DNA of 47,827 nucleotides, taken from the NCBI RefSeq assembly GCF_001194135.2, contig NC_068984.1:52265363-52313189 (forward strand), written 5' to 3'. The translations under genes and the position numbers were made by a program. This DNA is from Octopus bimaculoides. Taxonomy: Eukaryota. Below the pieces are notes generated by a model. The model had not been told where the DNA came from. It worked only from the letters and a program-made list of their open reading frames with translations, and searched no databases. This document shows positions 1 through 11,523 of the stretch, piece by piece (position 1 is the stretch's first letter; each line of letters starts with the position of its first letter).

Positions 1-450
1 GTGATCAGCTCTGCCACACTCAGCCTCCCCTCACTTTCACATACAGAACTTTTCCTATAGTGTACTAAAGAACTGGTATAATTGCTCACGTGTTATTGAC
101 TCCTTCTCTCTGCTGTAATATTTCACATACACATACATGTATCACTCACATACATACTTTTCTTTGTACGACGGCCTGTCTTTGATTATGTTCTTATATG
201 TCGCATTCACACTCACACACAGACATACATCTTTAACGCCATAATAAATATCTCTGTTATTCCATCTTATACGGTTGTGGTCTTTCATTACTGGTCATCC
301 ATGTTATCGTCGCATAACATACTAGTATATCATCATATCTGATATATATATTTGTATGTTCGACCGTGTGACACGTTTAAATAAAAGGAGTCCTCTGTTT
401 TTCCATTCGTCACCATTTCTCCTTTTTGAGTTCGCACGGTCGTCCCCTAC
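1..450 (+). mobile_element. Probable 3' portion of an LTR (solo or 3' LTR)
   Basis: CpG-richer block ending ...GGTCGTCCCCTACA at 450, with AATAAA about 70 nt upstream, an LTR R-U5-like layout. No PBS follows. The 5' end lies outside the window. Confidence 0.4.
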
Positions 451-1150
451 ATATGTTAAAAGACTGACTTATTGTCTAAATTTAATGAATTGAAAAATAG
501 ATTATTAGTGAAGAGTGTTAGAATAATTCAATCTCAAACTCTTATTCTAAGATTTCAACTGAAAATTGGTTTCCATAAACCTTTAGGTCACAAAGTTTTC
601 AAAATTTCTCTTAACCTGTCACCATTGAAACAAGTAAATGAAATTATTTCAAATTAGATCTCAAGGCGAAGACATTGTTTAAATATGAAATTTTCTGGAG
701 CAATGTACATACTGCAACCAAATATTCAAACCTTTGAAGAGTTACTGGTTCGTTCTTGTATTCCCAATTTTCTATATAGTCGAAAATGGATTTAGCCATA
801 CAAATATGCATTGTTCAATATACAAAGATGTTGACGTAACATCTGTGAAAATAGAGATTAAAGGACTCCTCTCTCACTCTTGACTTTGTTTCCACATTGC
901 TTTCTGAATAAAAAGACATTTTTTTTTAACGAAACTTTGAAGAGATATTGTCTTTCGAGGGTATGGATTAAAATCATGTTGCTAGTGTTATACCGTGTTA
1001 TAACAACATGGATAACTAGATAAAATAAGAGATTAATTTTATATTAATCAGGTGGCCTTTGCTGGAATACTGACCCTCACTGAATACTTCTTTAAAATAT
1101 GATTGGACAGATATAAAAATAAGTATCAAGTAATATAATAATTAAAAAGA

Positions 1151-1345
1151 AGGCGGCGAGCTGGCAGAATCTTTAGCATTTCGTCCGTCTTTATGTTCTG
1201 AGTACAAATTCAGAACGTAAAGAGGTCGACTTTGCTTTCAATCTTTCGGGATCAATAAAATAAGTACCAGCTGAACTCTGGGGTTAATGTAATTGGCTTC
1301 CCACTCGCCCGAAATTACTGGCCTTGTGCCAAAATTTAAAACCAA
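1151..1345 (+). mobile_element. SINE family B (tRNA-like head, Meta-like core), internally deleted
   Basis: GGCGGCGAGCTGGCAGAA head and GGTCGACTTTGC...AATAAAATAAGTACCAG core; aligns by eye to copies at 12432, 30163, 32710 and 36827. Confidence 0.85.
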
Positions 1346-1489
1346 TGTTATAATTGAAGGGAAGTAACTCAATAGATTGCATATATCTTAAGATGTAAGA
1401 CTAATTATTTTACACGTGAACAATCACAGGGGTAGATTACCCTCATGTTCTTATGGCATTATTGTGGCCTGTATCAGAACTTGTCAGGT

Positions 1490-2950
1490 TCAGTATCTTA
1501 ATGGTTTGTTGATTACATGACCACTTCTTGATATAGTCGTGCCAGCTTCTAGAGGCGGCTTATTAGAAGTTGAGCACATTTGGTTCTCCATGAAACAGAT
1601 GTGCTGGTCTCTGTTTGAATTAACTATCAGCTTTTTTTTTACGATTGAATGTATCAATGGTGTCTTCAGTTGCCATCTCGACCATATACCAGCTCAGTTT
1701 ATCACTTATGTCTTTGACAGTTGCTGACATCCACGTTTTGTCATTTACTTGCACTGGTATATGATCACCAGGTTCCAACGACGTGAATGGTTTTCCAGCG
1801 TGTTGGTCGTATTTCTTTATCGGCCTTTGACACTCAGCATGTCTCCGATTTTTTTACTTTGTCCTCAAATGACGACTAATAAGGAGGTGTACAGATGCTT
1901 TACCAACTTTGTCTATTAAAGTATTTCGAAAGCCTGACAACCAGGTAGGGGTAATTTTTTTTCCTCTTTCTATTTGTTATCGGTGTTTTCATAGCTTTCA
2001 CTGCAATCTTGGCTTGTCCATTTGATAGTGGAAATCGTGGCTGAATGTGATATGATGAAAGTCCCATGTTCTGGAATTTTTTTCAAATTCTTCAGAAGAT
2101 AACTGTGAAGCCTTGTGTGAGATAGGAATATCTTGTAACCTATGTACGGCAAAGACTGATTTCAACTTGTTTATAACTGTAAAACTGGTTTGATCTCTTA
2201 ATTGCATTACTTCGACAAATTTTAAGTACGTAATAGTCAACTATAACTACGTAATCATCACCATTAAGTGAAAATAAATTAACACCAGCCTTTGACCAAC
2301 GATCTTCTTGGTATCTCATGAAGCCGTAATAATCATTTAGTGATGTCTGCTCTGAATTTGGTACATATACACTTTCCAACTGCTTCCTGAATAAGCTTTC
2401 TACTTAGTTTTTACAATAGCTTGATATGACTGGTGAACCTTGTCCACTGTTTCACTTCTGAGCGACTCTGGGACGGTTACTCTGTCACTTTTGAAAAGCA
2501 GTCGGTTGTGATATGTAACTTCATCACAGATTAGTTTCACTGATGGCAGACATTCCTGTCTTGATTTTGGCCAGCCATTAAGCACAATGTCACGTAATGT
2601 TGGCCGACTAACACTTTGACTTGCTGTCTGAAACTGTTCGTTTTGCTGGTGACATTGGTAGTGAGCTGATAACATTGACATCTAGCAATTCATCAAAGAG
2701 AGGAATGCTCTGGGTAGAGTATCAGCTATAAGTAAATCTATTCTAGGTTTGTAAGTAACTCTGAGATCATATTTTTCTTTGCAAGGGTAAAATTATTTTC
2801 TGTACTCATGGTGTGACTTTGACAAAGATTCTTCTGAGAAATTGATACTAATAGTTTATTATAAATTTCAGCTAATACTGTCTTTCCGTACACACAGTCG
2901 TGGAACCATCTGTATTCAAAGACTATGGCCAGCAGTTTATTCTCGGGTAA
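1490..2950 (-). mobile_element. pol: Degenerate Ty3/Gypsy pol fragment (RNase H C-terminus plus integrase), frameshifted
   Basis: Minus-strand frames give, in order: ENKLLAIVFEYRWFHDCVYGKTVLAE (RNase H), LLIADTLPRA, LRDIVLNGWP...VPESLRSETVDKVHQSYQAIVKTK (integrase zinc-binding region), WSKAGVNLFSLNGDDYVVIVDYY and KLKSVFAVHRLQDIPISHKASQLSSEEF (integrase core), and C-terminal TTISRSGHVINKPLRY* with the stop at 1490-1492. RH-IN order excludes Copia. Confidence 0.92.
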
Positions 2951-3181
2951 CTATTTTTGGTGGGGCGTGGGGGTGCTGTTAATGCACGTGAAGCATACGC
3001 GATGGGATGATCATTTTGTTATATATATATATATATAATTAATTCAATAATAGGATAAAATCTTTTACAAGAATTTATCAAGTAAAAATGTGTTTATTAT
3101 GGTAGTTTGAACCTTAGCAGTCCCTCATAGCGTGAGGCATTATTCTATAGTAATGTCCTTATATACATATATATATATATA

Positions 3182-3330
3182 NNNNNNNNNNNNNNNNNNN
3201 NNNNNNNNNNNNNNNNNNNNNNNNNNNNNNNNNNNNNNNNNNNNNNNNNNNNNNNNNNNNNNNNNNNNNNNNNNNNNNNNNNNNNNNNNNNNNNNNNNNN
3301 NNNNNNNNNNNNNNNNNNNNNNNNNNNNNN
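3182..3330. other. Assembly gap (N)
   Basis: N run flanked by (TA)n. Confidence 1.
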
Positions 3331-4698
3331 TATATGGTCTTACATTTTATCAAAACTCTTCCCGAGAGTATCTGTGTATAATGAGCGAAACGTGCTGTTT
3401 GGAATAATATTTGCTTGTGCTGTAGTATGAAGCTGGAAGTCGATGTTGTCTTCTGCTATGGTGGCTTTTGTCCAATTAGATGTTATTGCATTCGTTTCTA
3501 GTATGATACCCATCAAGGAACGAACATCGATACTGACGAATCGTTTTCCGATGTGCTTATTTCTTATATACTTTGTGATTGGTTAGAACAGCACAGGCTG
3601 GCAAAATGATTTTTATATGCCATTTTGTTCATGTATTCCTAGAAGTAGGGCATTTTTAAGTGAATAAATCCTAGCACATTTACCACATGAATTTATAAAA
3701 TCAATTTTGATTTTATTTCTTTGATCTTTGGATGGCGTGCTTTTAAAATGACCTTTTTTTTATTTTTCTCATTTGGTGATATTTATTTTGTCACAGCCAA
3801 GACTAAAGAGTCATCAGGGATGCATTTTACCTGTGTAGCACTTATTTTTAATCGCTCTGCATTTATTTGTAGATTTATTTTTTAAAACGTTAATTCTGTT
3901 TCCTTACACAGTACCTCTCAAGTACCTTACTTTTCTATTCCACATACGATGCTATCTGATTAAATCGTCCTGTAAATTTCCAAATTCACTGGCTTTAAGC
4001 TTTCAGTTTAATGTCAGAAATGTGTCAAATTTCTCCGGTGAATAGCTAATCTCTACTAAAAACTAAATAGCAGACGTGTGAATTGAGGAGAACGACACAA
4101 AATTCTTTTGAAATTTTTTTTCCAAATTCTATCAACATAATTGTATCAACAAAATATCATTAAAAAATATGCCTTTTTCAGGAAGATGTGAAGAAACAAA
4201 GTTGGGGGAGAGCATTAATCTGTAAATAATGTCTTTTATACAACATTCCACCACCATCACCCTCTTTTGTTTTACATTGTGAGTAAGTCTGTGCTTAAGT
4301 CAACCAACTAAAAACAACTAAAGCTCCGTAAAATTACACACCAGTGTCTATCATAGAAGGAACACATTAGAGAAAGTAATCTTTGATATACAAAAAGTCT
4401 GGATAGTCATAGACTGATCGCTTTCAATGATAGGTCTATTAAATGTCTGAAATTTCTTTTATTTTTTAAGCATTAAGGGACTGTCTGGAAATTGGAGTCA
4501 GTGCTTAGGTATTACAAAAATTTTCGAGTTATCTGAAATTTTGAAGTACGTCTCGTGGGATATCCACATGCATTAAACTCATCCCAACTCTACTTATTGA
4601 CTCGATTGTGATAAAAAAAAAAAGTTGTTTGCATATTTACTCAGAAACATATAAGCGTAAAAATTTGAGGACACACAAATTTACAAATTACTTGTTTA

Positions 4699-4854
4699 CT
4701 CTTTTACTTATGTCAATCATCTGACCGCAGCCATGCTAGAGCATTGCCTTTAGTCGAAGAAATCGACCCCAGGACTTATTCTTTGTAAGCTTAGTACTTA
4801 TTCTATCGGTTGTCGAGCAATGGTGTTGGAGGGGGGGGATACAAATGCAGACGT

Positions 4855-4860
<6 letters not shown>
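4699..4860 (-). mobile_element. SINE family A 3' half, with about 51-bp internal deletion
   Basis: Matches the tail at 47575-47790 (GACCCCAGGACTTATTCTTTGTAAGC) but lacks the segment between two ATCGGT repeats. Confidence 0.85.
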
Positions 4861-4900
<40 letters not shown>

Positions 4901-4902
<2 letters not shown>

Positions 4903-5753
4903 TTATATTATTAATAAATTCATAAAATTATCAATAATATAGCAGGAAATCAATATTTAATATTTAAATTTCGAAAGATATATATCCAATATGACATGGT
5001 AATATAATAAATTTAAAAATTTAAGATATACGAAATATAAATATAAATATATATAAAAATATGAATGTAGATAAAGATACATGTGAATATAAATTCATAG
5101 GACTACCAACATATCCAAGAACAAGATGAATTTTACTATAATTACATACCGAAGTCTTATATATATATTCAGAAAAACATCCCATTTTTTATTAAAAAAA
5201 TATATTTCACTTAATATTTAAACAAAGGATAAAAAATGAACTTTCCAAATTATAGGAGGATTAATTTTACAATTTCTTTAAAGGACAGTATACACTTTAA
5301 TATTTTTAATATTTTTTGATATTTTAATTAATATTACATATACCATTCGTTCTTAATACATAGATTATAAATCCATTCATCTCCGAAGAGCGGAATTATT
5401 GATAGTATGCTGATCTTTTGATTATATTGTGGTTACAATAATATCCGAGAAACGATCGTCAGATGTTTAATTTTTTTTAATTTTTTAAAAATTTTAGACT
5501 TTTTAAAATTTTTAGACTTTATAATATTCATGCTCAATTACACATAAATTTTTATATGCATTTATATTCACATGTATCTTTATCAACATTCATATATTTA
5601 TATATATTTATATTTATATTTCGTATATCTTAAATTTTTAAATTTATTATATTACCATGTCATACTGGATATATATCTTTCGAAATTTAAATATTAAATA
5701 TTGATTTCCTGCTATATTATTGATAATTTTATGAATTTATTAATAATATAAAC
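4901..5753. mobile_element. Long inverted repeat (arms about 4901-5099 and 5555-5753), foldback or Penelope-terminus-like
   Basis: GTTTATATTATTAATAAATTCATAAAATTATCAATAATATAGCAGGAAATC... is mirrored by ...GATTTCCTGCTATATTATTGATAATTTTATGAATTTATTAATAATATAAAC, with only a few mismatches over about 200 bp. Confidence 0.9.
5378..5465 (+). ncRNA. Type I hammerhead-ribozyme-like fold with long helix II (degenerate)
   Basis: CATCT | CCGAAGA | G-CGGA-ATTATTG...CAATAAT-A-TCCG-A | GAAA | CGATCG | TC | AGATG. Stem I CATCT/AGATG, palindromic helix III ACGATCGT. Deviations: U4->C and a G10.1:A11.1 mismatch. Confidence 0.65.
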
Positions 5754-5840
5754 NNNNNNNNNNNNNNNNNNNNNNNNNNNNNNNNNNNNNNNNNNNNNNN
5801 NNNNNNNNNNNNNNNNNNNNNNNNNNNNNNNNNNNNNNNN
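5754..5840. other. Assembly gap (N)
   Basis: N run abutting the right inverted-repeat arm. Confidence 1.
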
Positions 5841-5926
5841 ATATATATATAGTGAGAATTTACAAAAAAAAAAGACAAAGACGGGTGTGTGTAAACAACA
5901 AACACTTCTTCGGGAAGTGAGAAAGA

Positions 5927-5962
5927 CTTTTACGTTTCGAGCCTATGCTCTTCGACAGAAAG
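5927..5962 (-). ncRNA. Minimal type I hammerhead-like fold (A6 mutated)
   Basis: Reverse complement: CTTT CTGTCGA A GAGC ATAG GCTC GAAA CG TA AAAG. Confidence 0.65.
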
Positions 5963-6038
5963 GAACACAGAAATAAACAGGAGAGAAAATTTTTTAAACA
6001 GTTTAGTGGCTAGCAATCTATCATGGCGAATATATATC

Positions 6039-6159
6039 TACGACGGGCTTCTTTCAGTTTCCGTCTACCAAATCCACTCACAAGGCTTTGGTCGGCCCGA
6101 GGCTATAGTAGAAGAGACTTGCCCAAGGTGCCGCGCAGTGGGATTGAACCTGGAACCAG
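6039..6159 (-). mobile_element. SINE family A 5' half (tRNA head truncated)
   Basis: GGCTTCTTTCAGTTTCCGTCTACCAAATCCACTCACAAGGCTTTGG...CTTGCCCAAGGTGCC...TGAACC; colinear partner of 4699-4860. Confidence 0.9.
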
Positions 6160-7078
6160 TGTGTGTGTGTGTATGTGCTTGGTACTTATATTTTGTTGGC
6201 CTCTAAAATGATAAATGATAAAATCAACATTGGGTGGATTTGAAACCAGAACATAAAGAAAAACACAACTAACTGCTATAAAACAGTGTTTTTCAAAGGA
6301 TGTGAAGATTGATAAAAGAACACACATTGTCTTGTTTAATAAAATCAAAATGGTTTTAAGTTTTTAAAACCTGTCTAAAATCAAAACAAAAAAAAGAAGT
6401 CTATGAATACAAACTCTGTTTTATCTTCTCACAAATAAAGATGGGTGAGTGAAACAAAAAAATTCCTTATTTTTTGGTGCAGGATCTGGTATTTGTCAGT
6501 CTCAGAAGCACTGCTAATAAGGCAGGGTACCATTTCTTGCTTTCATTGTTCCTATGTTACTTTCTATAGGCTGTGTCATATGGTATGTTACTTGGTTAAT
6601 TTCTTAATATACCATCCCTGCATCACCATTTTCTTGAATGTTTCTTCTATAATCTATTACACTATTCCTCACTTTTCAAGCTCTTTATTTCCTTGGCAGT
6701 CTTCCACCAATCACCTTTCCTATCAGTAACGCTCTTTAACCTTCTTGATAATGTTGTACACAACCAAACTGAACATTCTATTACTCTCTCTCTCTCCTCC
6801 CTCCTCCCTTCTTCTCACCCTGCTACTGTATTGCATTGTCTCTCTATTAACTACAATACATTCTTTTCTATTTTCTCATAAAGCAGATATACTTTCCACC
6901 TTATGCTATATTGACCACTACGTCATTAAAAGGGTGATGATCTCAAAATAGAAATAAACATAGAAGACAAAGAGGATCCTTAACCTACAAAGGCCTGTTT
7001 CTTTTATACTAACTGTACGATAAACATCTTTGGCCCACTTTGTAACATTGCTTACCCTAGGAGGGGAGTACTTTTTAA

Positions 7079-7304
7079 CCCTTTGTCTGTCCTGTATATC
7101 AGATGTGATACACAGGACATATTATCCTGGCATCCATGCATCATGCATGATATACATTCTCAATTTTTTTCAGTCATCAGGGTAACTTGGTACTTTTGAA
7201 AGGAAAGATTTACATTACTCAGAAGATATGAAACAAGCTAACTAAAGTTCTGAAAACAAAATTGGACATTGAGGACAAATTTATAAAAATGCTTTGGACA
7301 AGGG
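7079..7304. mobile_element. piggyBac-like MITE
   Basis: TTAA|CCCTTTGTC at 7075-7087 and GACAAGGG|TTAA at 7297-7308; internal hairpin GTCCTGT-A-TATCA-GATG-TGATA-C-ACAGGAC. Confidence 0.6.
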
Positions 7305-7457
7305 TTAAAAGAAAATTTAGTAACATTACAAATAACTGTTAAACTAATGCTGATGTTGGGAACTGGGGTTAGTAAAATAGTGACAATGAGTAAAAATCAA
7401 TATATGTAAGTGTATGCGAATATTGTATTCTGTTCCTTTACTTTTCTATTTTGTTCC

Positions 7458-7617
7458 TTTACTTGTTTCAGTCATTTGGGAGCTATGGCCATCCTGGGGC
7501 AACCATATTCATTAATATAGTCAGATAGATTGTCCTTAGCATTTGACTGGCACTGGTTTTATTGACCTCTGGAAGATAAACAGTGAAGTCCCCTTGAATG
7601 GGATTTGGACTCAGAAC
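7458..7617 (-). mobile_element. Chimeric SINE: family-B-type body joined to family-A-type tail
   Basis: TTTACTTGTTTCAGTCATTTG (A tail) is followed by TTTTATTGACC...GGATTTGGACTCAGAAC (B core and head, reverse). Confidence 0.6.
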
Positions 7618-7757
7618 ATCTATCTATCTATCTATCTATCTGTGTGTGTGTGTGTGTGCGTGCATCCATATATGCATATATGAATGTATATGTATATACA
7701 TGCACATAAGTATATATATGTATGTATATATATATCAATACACTACTTCCATCCATC

Positions 7758-7788
<31 letters not shown>

Positions 7789-7857
7789 TTTAATACACTT
7801 AGTTAAATATACAATAATAATTACTCAGTAATATTTTAGACTCTACCGTTCATCTTT

Positions 7858-7910
7858 CTGAGGTCAGTATGATCAACATACCATCAAATACTGAGGTCAG
7901 TATGATCAAC
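7858..7910. repeat. Short direct duplication CTGAGGTCAGTATGATCAAC x2
   Basis: Two identical 20-mers separated by about 13 nt. Confidence 0.9.
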
Positions 7911-8230
7911 TATACCCTACTCCAAAGCTTGTGCTTATGTGAGACATTTTAAACTATTTTAAAATAAATCTGGCTTGGTGAAACAAATCAGTCTACAAAC
8001 CACACACTTGGTCATTAGAGTATCAGAGCCAGCCTTTATTGTTATAGTACTAAAATTGTTTTGTGGGTATAATTGTTTTTCTAGTGAGATGGAGTATACT
8101 ATATAGTATGTAGTTACATGCAGTAGTTTGTAGCTGTGTAAGAAATTGACATTAACTAAATGACATGTCAAAAACTGTCAAAAAATATATAAAAATTGTC
8201 AAATAGTTTTCCTGCTAGTTTAAATTTTAA

Positions 8231-8795
8231 TCGTTTGCTTGTTTCAGTCATTGAAGTGTTTAATTCAACAAATTGACCCTGGTACTTTTAGTTTTTTACA
8301 TCTGATACATATTCTACAGGTCAGTTTTTTTAAGTTATAGGGAAGTAAACAAATGAACAACAGTTATCAGGTGACGATGGGGACAAACACAAAGGTAAAC
8401 ACACATGCTACATGCCCCTGCTGAAGAGGATTGGCCTGCAAGAGCCCTATGCTGGTGCAACATAAAAAGTGCCCAGCACACTCTGTAAAGTGGTTGGCAT
8501 TAAGAAGGACATCCAGCCGTAGAAACCAAGCCAAATCAAATTGGAACTTGATGCAGCTTCCTGGCTCTGGTCAAACTGTCCAACTCATGCCAGCACGGTA
8601 AATGGATATTAAGGGATGATGATGATGATATATGATGAGATTCCACACAGTTTCTGTTGACTAAATTCTCTCACAAGGCACTGGTTGACCCATATTTATA
8701 GTGGAAGACACTTGTCCAAGACGTTGTACCATGGGACTAAACCCAAAACCACATGGTTGCAAAGCAAGTTTCCTAAGAACACAGCCATACCTGCA
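8231..8795 (-). mobile_element. Old SINE family A copy split by an RTE 3'-tail insertion (about 8440-8630, plus strand)
   Basis: Tail at 8231-8405, then GTGGTTGGCATTAAGAAGGACATCCAGCCGTAGAAAC...GATGATGATG, then head at 8630-8795. Confidence 0.75.
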
Positions 8796-9500
8796 CCTAA
8801 TGTTTAATTATGTTTATTGACAGTAGAGGTGATAGAGTTAAGTAAATGTTTAGACTAACTGACAGACAGCAAACAGATAAGATAGCAATAATAAATGATA
8901 AGGTAGGTAGATAAAATGATAGATAAATATTTAACCTAGACATGGGTGGTGCTGACAGATTTGAATGCCCTCTTCCCTGCAACACCACGCACATATGATT
9001 ATTATCTAAAAGTATTTTAATTCTGTATTTTATGCAAATGAGATAGCTATTTTAATAATTGGGAACCCTACCTAATCAAAATTCTGTTATACCCATGATT
9101 ATTCAACATGCTTTCTGTTGTTGTATTTTTAAGACAGTATGATCTTATGATGTTTCTATTCAACACACCTACTACTATCCAACACACACATGCATGCACA
9201 CACACACACACACACAAAGTATCATCATTATCATTTTATATGCTTATCATAATGGTAATGGCTGGATAGCACATATATGTACATACACACATATTTTACA
9301 TGTGGGTGTATGTGTTTATACTATAATTTGTGCTGAAAAATCAAAGAGACTAAAGTCAATGTATGTAAAGTTTGTGTATATTTTATTAATGAAATGATAT
9401 CTTACAAGTGTACAGTCATTTGTACTTTGCTAAAAATCTCAAAAGAACAAAGATGTGCAGAAACAATTGTGCATTTGTAAGAGATCATTTCTTTAGTTGT

Positions 9501-9533
<33 letters not shown>

Positions 9534-9544
9534 ATATATATATA

Positions 9545-9861
9545 NNNNNNNNNNNNNNNNNNNNNNNNNNNNNNNNNNNNNNNNNNNNNNNNNNNNNNNN
9601 NNNNNNNNNNNNNNNNNNNNNNNNNNNNNNNNNNNNNNNNNNNNNNNNNNNNNNNNNNNNNNNNNNNNNNNNNNNNNNNNNNNNNNNNNNNNNNNNNNNN
9701 NNNNNNNNNNNNNNNNNNNNNNNNNNNNNNNNNNNNNNNNNNNNNNNNNNNNNNNNNNNNNNNNNNNNNNNNNNNNNNNNNNNNNNNNNNNNNNNNNNNN
9801 NNNNNNNNNNNNNNNNNNNNNNNNNNNNNNNNNNNNNNNNNNNNNNNNNNNNNNNNNNNNN
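9545..9861. other. Assembly gap (N)
   Basis: N run after (TG)n(TA)n. Confidence 1.
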
Positions 9862-10462
9862 GACAGTACATCTGTCAGACAGGACCTTGATGAATGCCAT
9901 GAGGCAGGAAAGTATACTAGTCCTTATATATTTAATACTCTATAGTTAATACTCAATATTTCATATATTCAATAAGACATTCAATACTTCATTTCATTTT
10001 ACTATTTATATTATATATTTCATATTCTATATCCCACATTAATTTTATAAGAATATAAATAAAACAAAAAACAGACAGAGTTGGAACTCTTCTAAATAAT
10101 ATATTCCTCTATACACGATCATACAAAACCCTTTTTTATATTTTTTTATTTTTATTTTTATTCACACACACACACATGTATATATATATATATATATATA
10201 TATACAACTATTAGCAAATGTTAATTAGCACATCCAACCTAATTTTGATATGTTGTTTAGAATGCTGTAGACTGTGGTGTAGACTGTTAAACTATATCGT
10301 TTGACTGGTCTTTGGCCTGGCATTTGGTGTTTGACTGGTGATCACATGTTGCTGGTGATCTACAATTTATAGTGGAATCACATAATACAACAGTTCCATT
10401 CACTGACTCTGACAAAATTTTATCAGCCAATATAATCTGTGTTTTTTAGCATCCGTTGTCTA

Positions 10463-10610
10463 CACTGCCAGTGCCACATATAAGGCACCCATGCTGGTGA
10501 CACATAAAAGGCACTCTGCCAGTAACGCATAAAAAGGCATCCATGCTGGTGAGATATAATAGATACCCAGTACACTCTGGAAAGTGGTTGGTGTTAGGAA
10601 GGAGGGCAGA
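10463..10610 (+). mobile_element. RTE-type 3' UTR fragment with internal short repeats
   Basis: Repeated GCCAGT/GCTGGTG...AAGGCA units leading into GTGGTTGGTGTTAGGAAGG, as at 26471-26540 and 34000-34200. Confidence 0.65.
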
Positions 10611-10880
10611 GCATTATGTTTGGCACCAGCTTGGTTGCAGGAGCAGCTGGAAGAGTCTTGAACACTAAACTGCCTGCAAGGCTCCACTCTGGATTTCTTT
10701 GAAGGTTGTCTCCTTTCCATAACCCTGGATAGGGGCCCATACAGGGTACTGTCAACTGGAGCCACCTGTGCTCAGGACTTGTGTCAGGCAGGGTCATCAC
10801 TCCCTGAAATAGTGAAGAAAATCGCTACCCACTACATTTACTACTATCTTAAATGGAAAAATACATTGAGTAATGTAGGC

Positions 10881-11128
10881 AGTGGAGGCATGTGGCATAG
10901 TGGTTAGGGATGATTGTAGATTGTGGTTTCAGTACCTTGACCAGGCAACCTGTTGTGTTCTTGAGCAAACCACTTAATTTTACATTGCTCCAGTCCACTC
11001 AACTGGCAAAAATGAGTAATCCTGCAATGGACTGGCATCTCATCCAGGTGGGGAATATATACACCATGGAAACTGGGAAACCTGCCTTATGAGTCTATAT
11101 GATTCAGGAAGGTGCTTTATCCTTTGTC
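10881..11128 (+). mobile_element. SINE family C (tRNA head, CORE-like domain)
   Basis: GTGGCATAGTGGTTAG head, TTCTTGAGCAAACCACTTAATTTTACATTGCTCCAGTCCACTCAACTG core, CCTGCAATGGACTGGCATC...CATGGAAACTGG tail shared with 35584-35895. Confidence 0.75.
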
Positions 11129-11523
11129 CTATCCTAATGTAGGTATGGATATAAAAAAAAAGACAAGATGGTTGTGATCAGAAAGCTTTTTATCATAGGT
11201 CTGCTTTGATAAAACCAAATAAGAGAGAGAACTTCTACAAGATTACTTGACTTACAAGAAATAACAGCTTTATCAACCTCAAATCATATCCTTTGGGATA
11301 TACTGAACAGACAATGTAGCCCTACATATACGTAGGTCATCACTCTTTTAGGATGATTATGGCTGGAAAAATCAAAGCTCTGCTCAGTCAGGGTTAACTT
11401 GAGACTCAACAACTAAAACAGTGATGAAAATTGTAATGAATAGAAAGAATTTTCTTTCCAAATTTTTATACTTTTATATTTTATCTTTTCGTTAGAGGCA
11501 GGACTCAACATTTCCACAAAGTT

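Noticed and set aside
450-1490. Joining the LTR-like end and the Gypsy pol fragment into one element
   Set aside because: The AATAAA and terminal layout suggests a plus-strand LTR while pol is minus, and no polypurine tract is seen at the junction.
3427-3501. Cys-rich micropeptide MKLEVDVVFCYGGFCPIRCYCIRF*
   Set aside because: 24 codons with no signal peptide, promoter or paralogue. Expected by chance; the opposite strand is also open for about 80 codons without splice support.
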